Source: Octopus bimaculoides (lineage: Eukaryota). From it: DNA of 64,000 bases. The translations under genes and the position numbers were made by a program. A model generated the notes under the pieces. The model was not told the DNA's origin. It saw only the letters and a list, made by a program, of their open reading frames with translations, and ran no database searches. The stretch is from the NCBI RefSeq assembly GCF_001194135.2, contig NC_068983.1:67079245-67143244 (forward strand), read 5' to 3'. Positions 39,952 to 53,384 of the stretch are shown in pieces. Numbering within the stretch: the stretch's first letter is position 1; every line of letters starts with the position of its first letter.

Positions 39952-42016
39952 GGAAAGAAAAAAGAAAACAATTCAGTTCAATCTCTGAACTCCATCAGGT
40001 GTCTTATTCCTGAATATGGTCAGTAGTTTAGTGGATAAGGATATCACTAAATTTTGATGAGTTCAATAACGGTAGTGTGAATAAAATTATTATAAATGTT
40101 TATATTATATAAGGGGTAATAATCCAGGAAATCATGAATCACATTTTGAATAGTTTGACTTTTAACCAACTCCATTTAAGGTGCTGGTGGTGTTTAATCT
40201 CAGCCAGCCCTGGTCAAAGGCATTCCCACCATGACTACTGTAAATGTTTGTCAGACATAATACACTAATGTGAAAGGGGTTTTTTTTTTTTTTTGACATT
40301 TTTTTGAAGTAGGTGTGGTATAATACAAAAAGATTTTAATGTTATTTATAACAGATCAAGACACCACTTTTATGTTTCTGTCTTGATTCATTCACATTGT
40401 GTGTGCATATTCTGAGTATGTGTGAATGTGTGTTGTATCAGTTGGAATGGAGATTATGATAAGATTAATCTTAAACTTTCTTGAGAATGTCTCTGATATC
40501 TTTGAGTATGTTCTTTGTGAATGTCATAATTTCCTAATCTTTATATGTGTGTGTTATACTGTGTGTCTGTGTTACTCTTTGTTTGTGAGTGTATGCACAT
40601 TTACATATTAGTTTTTCACTGATTACAAAACAAAACAAGTTGCTGAATGACAAAAGTTAGATGTATTTAACTAGAATCATTGTAAAAAAAAACAAAAAAC
40701 AAAGAGCTGAAAATAAATTATGTGCTAAAATTAGTTAAAAATCATAAACAATGTTTTTTTAACCAAAACAAAATGTTCAACTTCAGCTTAACTCCATGAT
40801 TCCTACATGGAACAAATCATTGTTTTAAGTCACCCAACAGTTCAAACTTCTACACTTGTTGACCTTTATAAGTATATGAGATAATTTTATGTGTGCATGC
40901 TTGTGTGTGTTGATGTATCTGTAAATTTTGTTTGTTTACTTATGTGTAATCGTGTTATGTTTCATAGTATCTGATTTGCCTGTATATTAATGCACATGTA
41001 CATACAAAAAATTATAAGAAGGACCTTATTATTTCTAGATTTTCTTTATCAGGCTTTTTTGTTTTTTGCATATCTATATATCATGATCTGAGATTTTTCA
41101 TAGATTAGCTACTTGAATCAAGGATATCTTTCATTGGCATTTGTATCAAGATGTTCTTGATGGCCTATTTACAACATATTTGCTATTATTATAATAGTGG
41201 TATCATGGTGGACTAGGTGTCTTGTCTTTACTTATCTTTCTTTGTGATGGGGTAAAATTCTGCCAGAATAAGCTTCACTTTTCTTCTCTCTGGGATTGGT
41301 AAAATAAGTATCATTTATATTGTAGTGTTAGTTTAATTGAATGTAGACTTCCCCTACTAATGAGTGGCTTTATGCCAATGTGAAAGATTATTGTTGTTAT
41401 CTGCAATTTTTGGAAGGACGTTTATTGCAGTTTTTTTTTTCCTTTCAATTTTATTTTCTGTTGTAATTATGAGGCTTTTGTGACTTAAGTTTAGGTTACT
41501 ACTTATTATATATATGTTTGACTATATATAACAGTCTTAACATTAACTATCACGAAGTGATTAACCTTGATCTAAGGATTCCTTTTTCTTTTTGTTCTTT
41601 GAATGTATTAAAACATATTCAACAATGTAAGCATACCTTCTATTGTCTTTTTATATTGTTAGTGATAGTAATGAATGGTTTAACAAACTATTTGCATAAC
41701 TCACTTCTGAATTAATTGATATTTTTGTTCCTTTTCCGACATTGATATTATTTGTTCTTTATTTATCTCTCTTTCTCTACACCTTGCTTATTCATCTTGT
41801 ACAAACTCAGTATTTTTGGGAAGAGGATATATGGATTTAGTAAGATCCTAATTAATAGATCCTGATTAATTCTAAGAATAGGAAGGCTGTGTGGCTGTGT
41901 AATTTACTTCCCAGCCACATTGTTTCACATCAGCTCTACTGTGCGGCATGTTGGGCAGTGTCTTTACCTATAGATCAGCTATGACATGTGAAAAACTGAA
42001 AGAGGACAATCATATA

Positions 42017-42063
<47 letters not shown>

Positions 42064-42121
42064 ACGCATACTAGTCTGTGTATTTGTTTACATCTACAGT
42101 CACTTTTTTTTTACTGTGCAG

Positions 42122-42194
42122 TTGTGTGTGATTTGAGTTTTATTATCAAGAAACTGTCTGTGCACTTCATGTCTTTGAAGTTATATGAAAACAG
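42122..42194 (+). CDS. Candidate 73-nt coding exon (xVCDLSFIIKKLSVHFMSLKLYENx)
   Basis: Acceptor cactttttttttactgtgcag| and donor AG|gtaaga, with one open frame (phase 1 to phase 2). It is not phase-compatible with direct joining to the 10521 donor. Confidence 0.3.
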
Positions 42195-44524
42195 GTAAGA
42201 TTTAGTATTATTATAGATATATAATTATATATATTATTTCATTACACAGCAGAATGGTGTGGGAAAATGTAGTACCTCTTAAATGTGCATCTTTTGATGG
42301 AGATGAATTGTTTCTTGTATAGAGAAGAAAATCAGCCTCATGGGAAAGTTTTTTATGACTATGTTAATATGTTGTACAACTTTCAGAATCCTTGAACTGG
42401 AAAATTACATAACACCCATTGAGCATATGAGTGAATTAATTAATTTTATGTGAGTAAGTATTTCTAGCCATTTCCTAAAACAATTTTTGGGCTATAATCC
42501 ATAGGATAAATATGTGTTGTTTACAATTGAACGATTTCAGTTTAAACTAAAAGCAAAACTCAAAACACTTCCTTATACAGAATAAAATCAATGATATACA
42601 CCAGATGATGTTATCTGGTTTTGAAAGCAATCTAAGAGACTATGTTTGATTCTAACTAACCTGAAGCTTATGATACTCTGCTAGAGATTCTTCAATTGTT
42701 AGACTCAAGAGGTCTCTCCAGGTTTTGTATTATCTAAATTGTTTTAAAGTAAAGTTTAAAATACTTTTTTTCATAGAATACATAGATTATGGTCAAGATG
42801 TTATGATACAAGGGGATGTAGAATTAATTGCTTGTATGTAAGAAAGAATGGTTTCTGAGTAGTAATAGATATTATCAGAGCTATAGTCATGAACTGATTG
42901 ATTCAGAGAGCAATAATATATTCAACAGGAATACTTACACCATAATTAACTACAAACCACACATATTCACATACATATTCACTTGTATTACTATGCACAC
43001 ATACACAAACACACAAATATGATACTTTACACAAGTGGAGAATTGTAGAAAGGGGAAGTACCGTGTCTTTTCAGAAAAAGAATAGTGAATTTAAATACGT
43101 AATTTTAGCAATAAAATTACATGTTTGTTTGTAAACATCATTGGTTCCTACCTACAGTTTCAGTTAAAATGAGGTTAACATATAATGTCACAAACTAGTA
43201 ATAATTATTAACTTACTCACCTTCACGCTAGTGCTTATGGTCCAGTCAATTAGTCTTATGTAAATGGTGCTATATAGACACAAATATGTAATAGTGGATA
43301 TATTCACATGCACTCACATAATTAAGAAGAACCTGTAGAAAAATATGTTCATTCATTCAACATCAATATACATTGATATTACTGTAACAATAGTGTCATG
43401 CACTTTTGAATGATATTATATTAAGTTCCAATGAGTGATAATGTTCTTCATGCTACAAGTATTATTGCTAACATGTAGAAATTAATGATTTATATTTGCC
43501 AAATATCAAGTGAATAAAATGGGTGAAAATGGGAATAGATTCAACTTCTTTAATTAAACTTTAAAAAAAAACGATTCTCCTCTTTTGATAAAATGAAAAC
43601 ATAACATGCAAGAAGCTAATGAAAACTAGTTACTATATCTAAATCTGTGTGTATACTCTCTCTTTTGGACTATGAAGAAATAGAAATTTCTTTCAGTAAC
43701 ATTTTCAAGAGCTAGTTATTAGACATATATCAGTGTTTTCAAGCTAGTTTTATGTTTTTGATGTGGTCTAGAATGTTTGGGTATGTAGTATTCATGCCTA
43801 CATATTTGTGTAGTACTTAATTGTGGTCTGCAGTTCTGCTTCTAGTGAGTGAATAATTGATAAGAATCAAAGTATCAATTTGTTTTGAAGAGGATGCCTT
43901 AATTTTTGGAATGCAGCTTAGGCATTGGTTTAAGTCTTGTAATCATCATGAAGAATTAGACAAAATTTATTGCAGCTTTATGAGTTTTTAAGTTGTTATC
44001 ACTTGAAATAATGTAGAGCTGTGATAAATCCTTTATAATAAAATAACTAAAACAGGGTTTACTGCTATCGTGCTTCCACATTTCAACTTCAAGAACAATG
44101 CGATAAGAAAGATATGAAAAATGTTGTAGCTGTTTACTAAAGCATAGAGAATTGCACATATTTCTGCATTTAAATAGTCAGTAGAAACCTGATTGAATGT
44201 GGTCCATTGTTGTTACATGATATCAACAATCTTATCTTTTCTATGAAAAACAAACAGCTAAAAACATTCAGTTTTGCCAATAATTACCTTTAGTTTATAT
44301 GCCTGAGTAATGACGATATAAGATTGAACTGTTGGATATAAATCTGAAGATTCTTTTATAGTCTTTGGTGCTTTTTCTATACATCTGACTATGAAATTAA
44401 TGCCAATGTTTATTACTAATCCAGTAATATTATAAATAAATGCTACATATCTCAGAACATTTAACAATGCAATTTAATTCTATAATTTATATTATATAAC
44501 TAATAAGCATTCTTTGTTAGTGCG

Positions 44525-44830
44525 TTAAAGTGTGTCATTAAGCGGTTTGGGTAGTCAGCTCACAATTGTAAGATCATGAGTTTGATTCCCAGCAGCAGGA
44601 ATCAGTAGGTGTCCTTGAGCAAGACATTTCATTTCACATTGCTCCAGTTCATTCAGCTGTCAAAAATGAGTTGTACATATAACTCAGAAGGACACTTTCT
44701 GTGTCACACTTAATCTCTCTGAGAACTACATTAAGGATATGCATGTCAGCCATTTGTATGTTCATTTTACAAGCAAGATTTTCTCTTGATAGGATCAACT
44801 AGAACACTTGTAACTAATGGAGTGCCAGTT
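44525..44830 (+). mobile_element. Second tRNA-derived SINE family (decayed)
   Basis: B-box-like gagtttgattcc followed by gtgtccttgagcaagaca...ctccagttcattcagctg..aaatgagt. A related minus-strand head lies at ~55440-55620. Confidence 0.6.
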
Positions 44831-44911
44831 ATTCTTCCTTGGTGAATGTCCATAAAATGGTGTAAACAAAACAATCTCCCCTGTTTTGTTTCAGATGTAT
44901 GTATATGTGTG

Positions 44912-44951
<40 letters not shown>

Positions 44952-44989
44952 ATGTATGTATGTATGTACAATGCACACAAATGTATGAA

Positions 44990-45383
44990 AGCTAGTACTC
45001 AGTGTAAGCTATGGACACATAAGAGGTGCAGCAATATCAAAGGAAGGTTAACTGGGAAGATAGTTTTTGTGTGTGGAAAATGCTCAGGGGCAATAAACAC
45101 TGAAAATGTGAAGAAAGCAGCTTCCGTCACATTCCAGCAGGAAAAACTACAAGTAGTTGATAGCTTCCGTTACCTAGGTGACCAAGTCAGAAGTGGGAGT
45201 GGATGCTCTGAGAGTGTAGTTGCTAGAATAAGAATAGCCTGAGCAAAGTTCAGAGAGCTCCTATCTCTGCTGGTGACAAAGGCCCTTTCGCACAGAGTAA
45301 AAGGTAGACTGTATGATGCATGTGTGCAAACAGCCATGCTACATGGCAGTGAAACATAGGCCGTGACTGCTGAGGATATGCAT
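44990..45383 (+). mobile_element. RTE LINE RT fragment with a PHD-like finger between RT subdomains
   Basis: QCKLWTHKRCSNIKGRLTGKIVFVCGKC...VVDSFRYLGDQV..GSGCSESVVARIRIA*AKFRELL...VKGRLYDACVQTAMLHGSET*. Confidence 0.85.
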
Positions 45384-46070
45384 ATGACCATTAAACAAAG
45401 GGAAATTATTGTGTGGTTGACTGTCATTAAGACAAAAGAGCTAATAGACCACTAAGTAAGGGGAGGAGGTAAAACTAAGTGACACGTACATGGAACCTTA
45501 TGTGCATGCTTGTGAGTGTGTGCGGGTACATGCGTATATAGATATATGTGTGTGCATGCGAAAATATGCGCAGTTTAAACACGTTTTAACCTTATAGCTT
45601 TCCCACACTGTTTTTGCTTTTAGCCCTATAAAAAATTTTTTTGTGTGCATGTGTATGGGTGCAGGGTTGTTGTGTGCATGTGAGTGTGGATGTGTATGCA
45701 TGTATATATATATATATATATATGCATATGTACATATATGTATAATTTTTGGCAAGTATGTGGGTGAGCATGTGTGTGTTTAAAGCAAGGGTGGTTTAGT
45801 ATATAAATATAGGCAAATGTACGGATTGGTGCACTTACGCGAACCTTTAGACTGCTCTACTCCCTTACTTTTACCCCCTCCCCTTACTTAGCGGTCTATT
45901 GGCTCTTTTGTCTTAATGATGGTCAACCACACAGTAATTTCCCTTTGTTTAACAGTCATTTTTCACAGGAATTTTCAATGGCCAGATAACTGAAGAGATG
46001 TTGGCATGGGCTCCCACCCTGGCATCCGAAACTCGGAGTTTTATCATGGTTACTGAATAAGCGTCACATA
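45384..46070. mobile_element. Second member of the 10971-12115 fold-back MITE family, left arm truncated
   Basis: Shares aaacaaagggaaatta...aagacaaaagagcta with the left arm, and ctcttttgtcttaat...aatttccctttg...gataactgaagaga...gtcacata with the right arm. The interior is a different AT/GT repeat. Confidence 0.75.
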
Positions 46071-47236
46071 TTTTTACAGATAAATTCCTCTATTTATGTA
46101 ATACCAAGCTCTCTTTCTTTCTTTTGTTGTCCTTCCTATCAATATATATATATATGTGTGTGTGTGTGTGAACAGTTTCTGGTGACTATTAAAGCAAGTG
46201 AAATATGACTATATTACAAACCAAGTCAAGTATGTTTTTAAGACATGCAAAAGTTAATTATTTTTCATCTTTAGAGACATAAGAACTTTTTTTTAAATCT
46301 ATAAGAACTTCAGTTTGATGTTTATGAGCATTGTACTTTTGCCAAAAAATGTACTTGTATTTTTTTAATTATTTGAAATGTAAAACTTCCTAATTGAGTA
46401 ATGGATAGCTAATTAGTAAAATATTTAAGAAGAATTCAAGATGAAATTTGATTAAAAGTATGTTGTGATTCTAAGGATTTCACTACAGTTGATATTTGCA
46501 AGAATCCAGTGACCAGAAGGTAGACAAAATTAAAACTAAAGCATCATATTGTGCTAGAACTATTCAAAATAATTTCTATAGAATAATCTTGTTTGTTGTA
46601 CTGAGTGTGCAGATGTAATTATGATATTTTATAAACTGGTTTATCCATGGATATATAGAAAACAGATACTGAAAAATCAACTAAAATATCCAGGAATGAA
46701 CAACTTCGATGATGGACCTGAAGATTCATTATATACTATTTAACTCTCAAATGTCTTGTGCTACAAAACAATTGCAACTATCACCAAGACTTGAAATGCA
46801 CTTAGCTACAATTCAAATAGTATTGTTGTTTGGCTCAAAAATCAAAGCACAGAAACTAAGTGCTCTTCTTCAGAAAGAACTTGCTCTGAAAAGACTTCTG
46901 TCTGCACCATGTATCTTTATTTTTAGCAGATTATTGTGTTTGTTTTTTGTAGATTATTTCATATTTTTCTTTCATCATAATAATACCTCAAGTTATGAGG
47001 AAGAAGCTAGTGATTTTGTTTATTACTAATTTATTTATTATTATTTATTGATGATTTAATTCAAGAAAGAAAGCTTAGACATGGTGAAAATAGGCAGAAT
47101 GATATTTTAGTGTCATTTGATTATACCAATGTGAACTTTATATAGGGATTTATCAATTCTCTGCATGTGAAATGATCATATACTTAATTATTGCATTCAA
47201 TCTTTCATTAGTGATGTAGGCTTTAAAAACTTTGAA

Positions 47237-48140
47237 CATAGAGGCAAGTCCCATTGAATATTTTCTTCAACTTTCTCCATGAGAAACTTCTGTTAGGATG
47301 AGAGATGAGGTCACATGATAGGCACATTAACACAGCAATACCACCTTCATTACAAAAATGAAAATGAAGGCATATCTCAGAATGTGTTTTCTGGTGCTAA
47401 GTGTGCATCTAAGTTACGGAAACTATTGGAACACAATTTTAGCTTTGAGATAGGAAACCAAGGAATCAATATCTTATAAATTGATGTGAAAACTCTGTGT
47501 AATCAACTTAGCTGTATTCAGTTCACTAGGGCAGATGAAAGTGACATGGCAAGAGGTAAATGTCTATAACATGTAAACATAATATTTACAATTTACACCA
47601 ATAATTATTGCATCATATCAACAAGTTTCATTTAAATTCATGCAATAGTCATATTTTTATGATTTTTTTTCTAACAAGGCCGGGAGACTTAAATAACAAG
47701 AGCACAACAAGAATTTGTCAGAAATTGTTCAAATATTTCAATTTTATTAAGAACACCTACTTCCAATTGGAAATGAAGCTAAGGATAACACATTATTAAG
47801 GAAAACACATAGAGGGAAGAAACTCGGGAAACTGCTGTCTTTCATTACAGCAAAGAAAATTGCTGCATGAAGTATAGATTTATATGTCAGACGTGATGTC
47901 TTTCAACAAGAAACACAATCAATGTTCGCAGAAATCCTGCATTTGAGAGAATACAATTAAACATTATCCACTTGGTGTACCAAAGAGTTTGAGTTTGCAA
48001 AATATCAGAATTTATGAATATAGGCAACAGGAAATATGATACTGCATTGGATATATTATATGAAAGAATGATACGAATCTAGTGTGAACATTTTCCTGAG
48101 TTTCTAGCAGTTGTAATATAGAGGCAAGTCCCAGAATGTT
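47237..48140 (+). mobile_element. Very decayed RTE (BovB-like) LINE fragments
   Basis: Weak motif traces: DEVT, KMKAY and DVCK-like at 47240-47560, and EAK....KG...ITAKKIAA and QETQ-like at 47750-48140. Confidence 0.4.
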
Positions 48141-51100
48141 TTCATTGAAATTGTTGAACCTTGTAGATGAGATAACCTAGAATCGATATGTTTGATAAAA
48201 TTAGCTTCCTGACAGTATTCAATCAATATTGCTATAAAAAAAAAACATGCAAAATAGATCATAATGTTGATTAGGAGGTATTCACTACATGACCCAGACT
48301 GATCTCCGTCTTTTACAATATACTATACATGAAAGATTTTCACTTTTTAAATAATATATAATACTCCCAATTTAAAGTTATTTTCATTTCAATACTGCCA
48401 GCTCTACACATTCCTATACATTTCCATTTTAACATGCTAATGATGAAATCTATTGTGTATATGAAATGAGAATCCTTTCATTGTCCATAAAATGGGTTAA
48501 ACATTCCCAAAACCCATTTCTTCAACTTCAGATTTGCTTTTATAAATCTCTTATTGCTTGGCATTTTAAATTTCTGATTGAAACAATTATATGATATACT
48601 TATGTTGCTATTGATTCTGTGAAGTGTAAACAGTCCATTACATGTTTTGTGTCTAAAATATTTGCATCATCAGTTTTCATTATTTTCCTGACATTTGCAC
48701 TTTGATACTCCAACTAGTAATTGAGTTTTCAAACATAATTGTGGTATATGGGACCGTTATTAAGTAGTATCTAATCTATTATGCTTCCTAATAAAGTTTG
48801 CATATAAAGAGGCCAGTAGTGACCTTCACCTAATGAAGATAAGAGCTTGCACAAATAATGTGCATGAGTTGATATAGCTAGCAGTTAAACTTAGAATATA
48901 AAGGGTTGTTACTAAATACTGAAAAGCATCTAGTCTGCTGCTTCCTCACCACCTTCAACAATGTTTAGTGATAGTTGAAACTTATGTTTTATCAAAATGC
49001 ATATACCAATTTACATTAAAAAATGAAAATATTGATCAAGTTAACTGATGAACTATTTCACTAGAAATTATAAGAAATTTCAGTCATTACAGATTTAACA
49101 AATGAGGTCTAGTGCTTGATTAACCTAACAGCAAGAACAGCAAATGCTATTGGCTGCACATTTACAGGAGCTCCACACTAAATACTTATTTACTGTAGTA
49201 CTATACCACCTTCGACTTATATGAATACTGGGTGTTTAATATTGGTCGAAATCTCAAGGCACTTCCAAGGTTTAATATACTTAAGCAAATTACAGTCATC
49301 ACATTGATAACAGCAAAAGGGTAGTGTTCACTTTTGGGTGCTAAGTAATAAAGTTACCATTCTTTCTCACTATTTTGATGCATTAAATTCATCATACTGT
49401 AACTGAGACTAATTATAATTTCTATTATAAACAAGACTGGTTGAATAAATCATATTATTACTAATATATTAGAGACAGTCTAAAGATAATTATCTCCATT
49501 AAATTAAATTGGAGTTTTTAAACTTGTAAAAAACACTTTATGTGTGTAGTATTTACTTTAACCATGTGCCTTATGCACAAATATCAAGCATGAAGTAATA
49601 GAGTATCATTTTCGATGTCAGGCAATGAAACAAAATTTACATTATAATAGGTCTGTTTCTCAGTAGAGAATATTTGTGTGTATCTTCGTTTTTAAGTAAC
49701 AATTTGATATATTAGGAAATTCATATAATGTAACAAATAAGATTTGTGAATGTAGCTTTGATTTAAAAGGAAATCAGGATCTATAGAAAAAAGATTTCAC
49801 TTATTCAAATCTGCCTCGTAATTTATCATGTTTAAACGGTTATCTTCTAATGTTAATCTTTTAAATGTCTCAAGCACATTGATTAGCTTGTAAATATCAA
49901 GATTGAGGTAAAAGTATAAATAATAAAATCCTTGTATCTGTTTCAATTACCCTAACCTCATCTAATTGATCTATATAAATGGAACCTTCAGAAATACAAC
50001 TGAACCCATAAAAATAATTCAAACTTTGAGTTGAATATATCTTTAGCAAACTAATATTATAATATTTTCATCCTACTATGAGTGTGACATGTACTATTGG
50101 CACTAAGTTGAGTTTTCACCCAAGTATCATTTCTGATAGTTCTAATCTCTGTAACTGTAGATAAGTACCACATCCACTTAAGAGTTGATTGCTCAACATT
50201 AAAATAGTTATTGAACTGTATGTTATCTTCTCTAGAGTCATCTAAGCCATCAATACATTGGCTTTGGTTCTGAATGAATTTAACTGTAAATGTAAAACAG
50301 TTGGAAAGCATCAACTTAGCAGTAACAACAACAAACCTATTGAATGTTTAACAGATAGAGTATGATTTTAAATGACTTCAAAACCACAAAGAGGATTTTG
50401 TTTAAATAAGGAGTTGATCAAATTAAAATAATTTGTTTCTCTAAATTGCCCATCAATAAAATATGGTTCAAAAGAATACAAATGGAGATTCAAAGGATTT
50501 TGTGTCTATTGGTAGTATTTGATTTAATGTCCTATTGGTTAACAATCACTTCACCACCACTGCCTCCTTCTTCCTGATTTGCCTATTCAGATATTTACTT
50601 AGAATTAATAGACATCAAATATTCACTGTCCCCTAATTATTTTCTTTTTATTTTATATGTCCAGCTAATTTAATGCAGTAATATTGATCACCATCACCAC
50701 TACCATCATAACTATCATCCTCATCATCAACTACGAAATTCTGTGGAGCATTATTGATTAATCTGATTTCTGTCAAACTTATTCATATCTCTTTTTCCTT
50801 CTTTTTGTTTCTTGTCGCATCCTCTTCTCCACTGTAGCTTTTAAACTTTTCTAGATAGTAACAAATCAAATGATTCAGTGTTTTACAATAGTAGTGATTC
50901 ACTAACTACTGTATGCTTGTGTACCTCACCCTGCTAAAAAAAGCAGACAAATCCCCATTAAATAATATTTTATTGTCTTACAAAAGAAAGGTCACATTCA
51001 CTAATGTAGTGCTAGATGCATTATATCAGGAAAAAGACTATATTTGACCCTTTCATGCATGTGGGTATATAATGTCAGTAAACTCTTATACCCACACTGA

Positions 51101-53384
51101 TCATAACTGATATAAAACTTAATTTCCAGTGTAATTTTTGAAATAAATATTGATCCTGTCTTCTCCATAGTCAAATCTTTTGTTAACATTTTATGGATAA
51201 CCATCATTTTTTTCTTTCTAGGTTTTCTTGATTACATCAATAATCACCAACTTAAAGCCGGTTCATATTAATTCACAACACATCTTACATTATACTGTTG
51301 TTTTGAAAGCAATACTTAATGGCTGTAATTCTCATCAGGCTTAGCTGAGTCAATAGTTTTTTGTTCTTATAGCTCTTGAATTCTTCCTCTCTCAATTGCT
51401 CCCATTTTATATTCTCATTGATGTAATTTGTTGAAGTTTATTCTTGAAAATCCCTCTATGCATAGTAGTGAGAATGAGCAACAAAACTTCTAATTACTAC
51501 TTCGAAATGGCCAGCATTAAGATTATCAATGTGTTGGGGAAAATAATCAAGCTAAGTTGATGCTGATCAGGTATATTTTGTTATAGAAAGCAATTTTCTT
51601 GATAGAAGCAAACCAATAATCTGGGTCTATTGGTAGCAACAGTTAGAATGTATAATCATTTACAGAAAATGCCCCTATATAAATGGTTTGATACAGGAAG
51701 TTGAGAAAGCACAAAAATGTTTAATATTCTTGCTTTATTATATTTTAAGTTTTCATTGTAATATATGTATAACTGTATAATGTTCTCTTTTTATTTCTTG
51801 AGCCAATCTAATCTGAGATTTAAAAATGACTTATTCATCTTATGTTACATGGAATATATTTCTTTATTTTTAATACTAAGTGAACTATATATTTTCTATA
51901 GAGTATTCAAGAAACCTTAGAACATCACATTTATTTCATTTAGCCACTAAACTTTCTGAAACTTATTTCTATTTCTTGCTTAAAGACATATAAAACTGAG
52001 ATGGTAGTCTTTGCTTTTTCATTCATTTTCATAAACTATAAACTGGAAGTGAACTTTGAAAGAATGATCACTGCTAGGTTTTTTGTAACTACATAATGTT
52101 GACTAAAATATAGTTATGGTCAATTTACAGAGTCCTTCATACCATTTTTTACCTAATAGCGACTACAAGGATATATTATGTGTTATCAGATTTTATAAGT
52201 AATTTTTAATCAAACAAGTGTTGGATTTATCCTACTGCAATGGGCAAAGTCTTACTTAAATTCTACCCTTCAGCTTCTTGTTTTGAAAATTTTAGCTACT
52301 CTCATTTATGTATTTCTATATTAAAGAAAATTTCGATGCTTGAAAACATTATATTGAAATACTTAGTATTTTCTGCATTGTAGAAGACATACTCACACAC
52401 ATGCACGCACATGCACACACACACACACATGCACGCACATGCACACACACACACACACACACACACACTGATAGATAAATACAGACTCAATTGTCACAGG
52501 TAGAATGGCATTATGCTATTTCCTTTCACAATGGTTTATTGAAGCATAAGTAATATTTTACAAAGCAAAACAAAGATGTATATCTGTTAAAAATAATAAA
52601 TATCCGCTGTTTGAAATAATAAAATGATGCAGAATTACAAAGATTCTCATTCAACAAATTGGCCACTAATTTTATTTCCCAGGCAATGCAGGCATCTTTA
52701 TAGTACAAACATATGTACAAACATACCCTCCAACAAACAACGTGCAGGTATGGGTGTGTGGTTAAAATGATTGTTTTCCACAATGTGTGTGTGTGTGTGC
52801 ATATATATATATATGCACACACACACATATACATGTTTTTCTTCTATTTACTAGTATTCCTTCTAAAATGAGAGAGCTGGTTTCTTACAAAGAAACAAAA
52901 GCTTCTTTATTTGAATTAGGATGACAATGATAATTGTTACATATCGATCTTGAAAAAAGTGTCACATACATTTACTGTTGAACTTAACTGTATCTGTAAA
53001 GTTCATGTGGGCCAGTCTCTTTCTTTGCTTGCAAATCCTAACTTGTCGTGTTTGTGGTTTAAACATTTACTAACATAACCGAGTACATCAATGATTATTG
53101 GTGCGGATTTTGAAACACTTGTCCATAGATTCACTTTTTCTCATTGGTTTTGGAAGTATTGTTTACACCAGCAGAGCAACTAACCTCTATGAATGTACAT
53201 ACTTGTTCTTTTCTGTTCCAAATGCCTATATCAAGTAGATAATTGTATATATTAATGGGTACAAAAAAAATGTAAGCTTTATATACCTAAAAGAATACAT
53301 ATCCTTAGTGGATCAAAGAACTGCACTGACCTTCTAAGCTCAAATTCAGAACTTTTTACATGTTTTTGCCACGTCTTTGCTATC

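Noticed and set aside
46999-47024. ggaagaagctagtgattttgtt, close to mature miR-7
   Set aside because: A 2-nt insertion disrupts the seed region and no complementary star arm is nearby.
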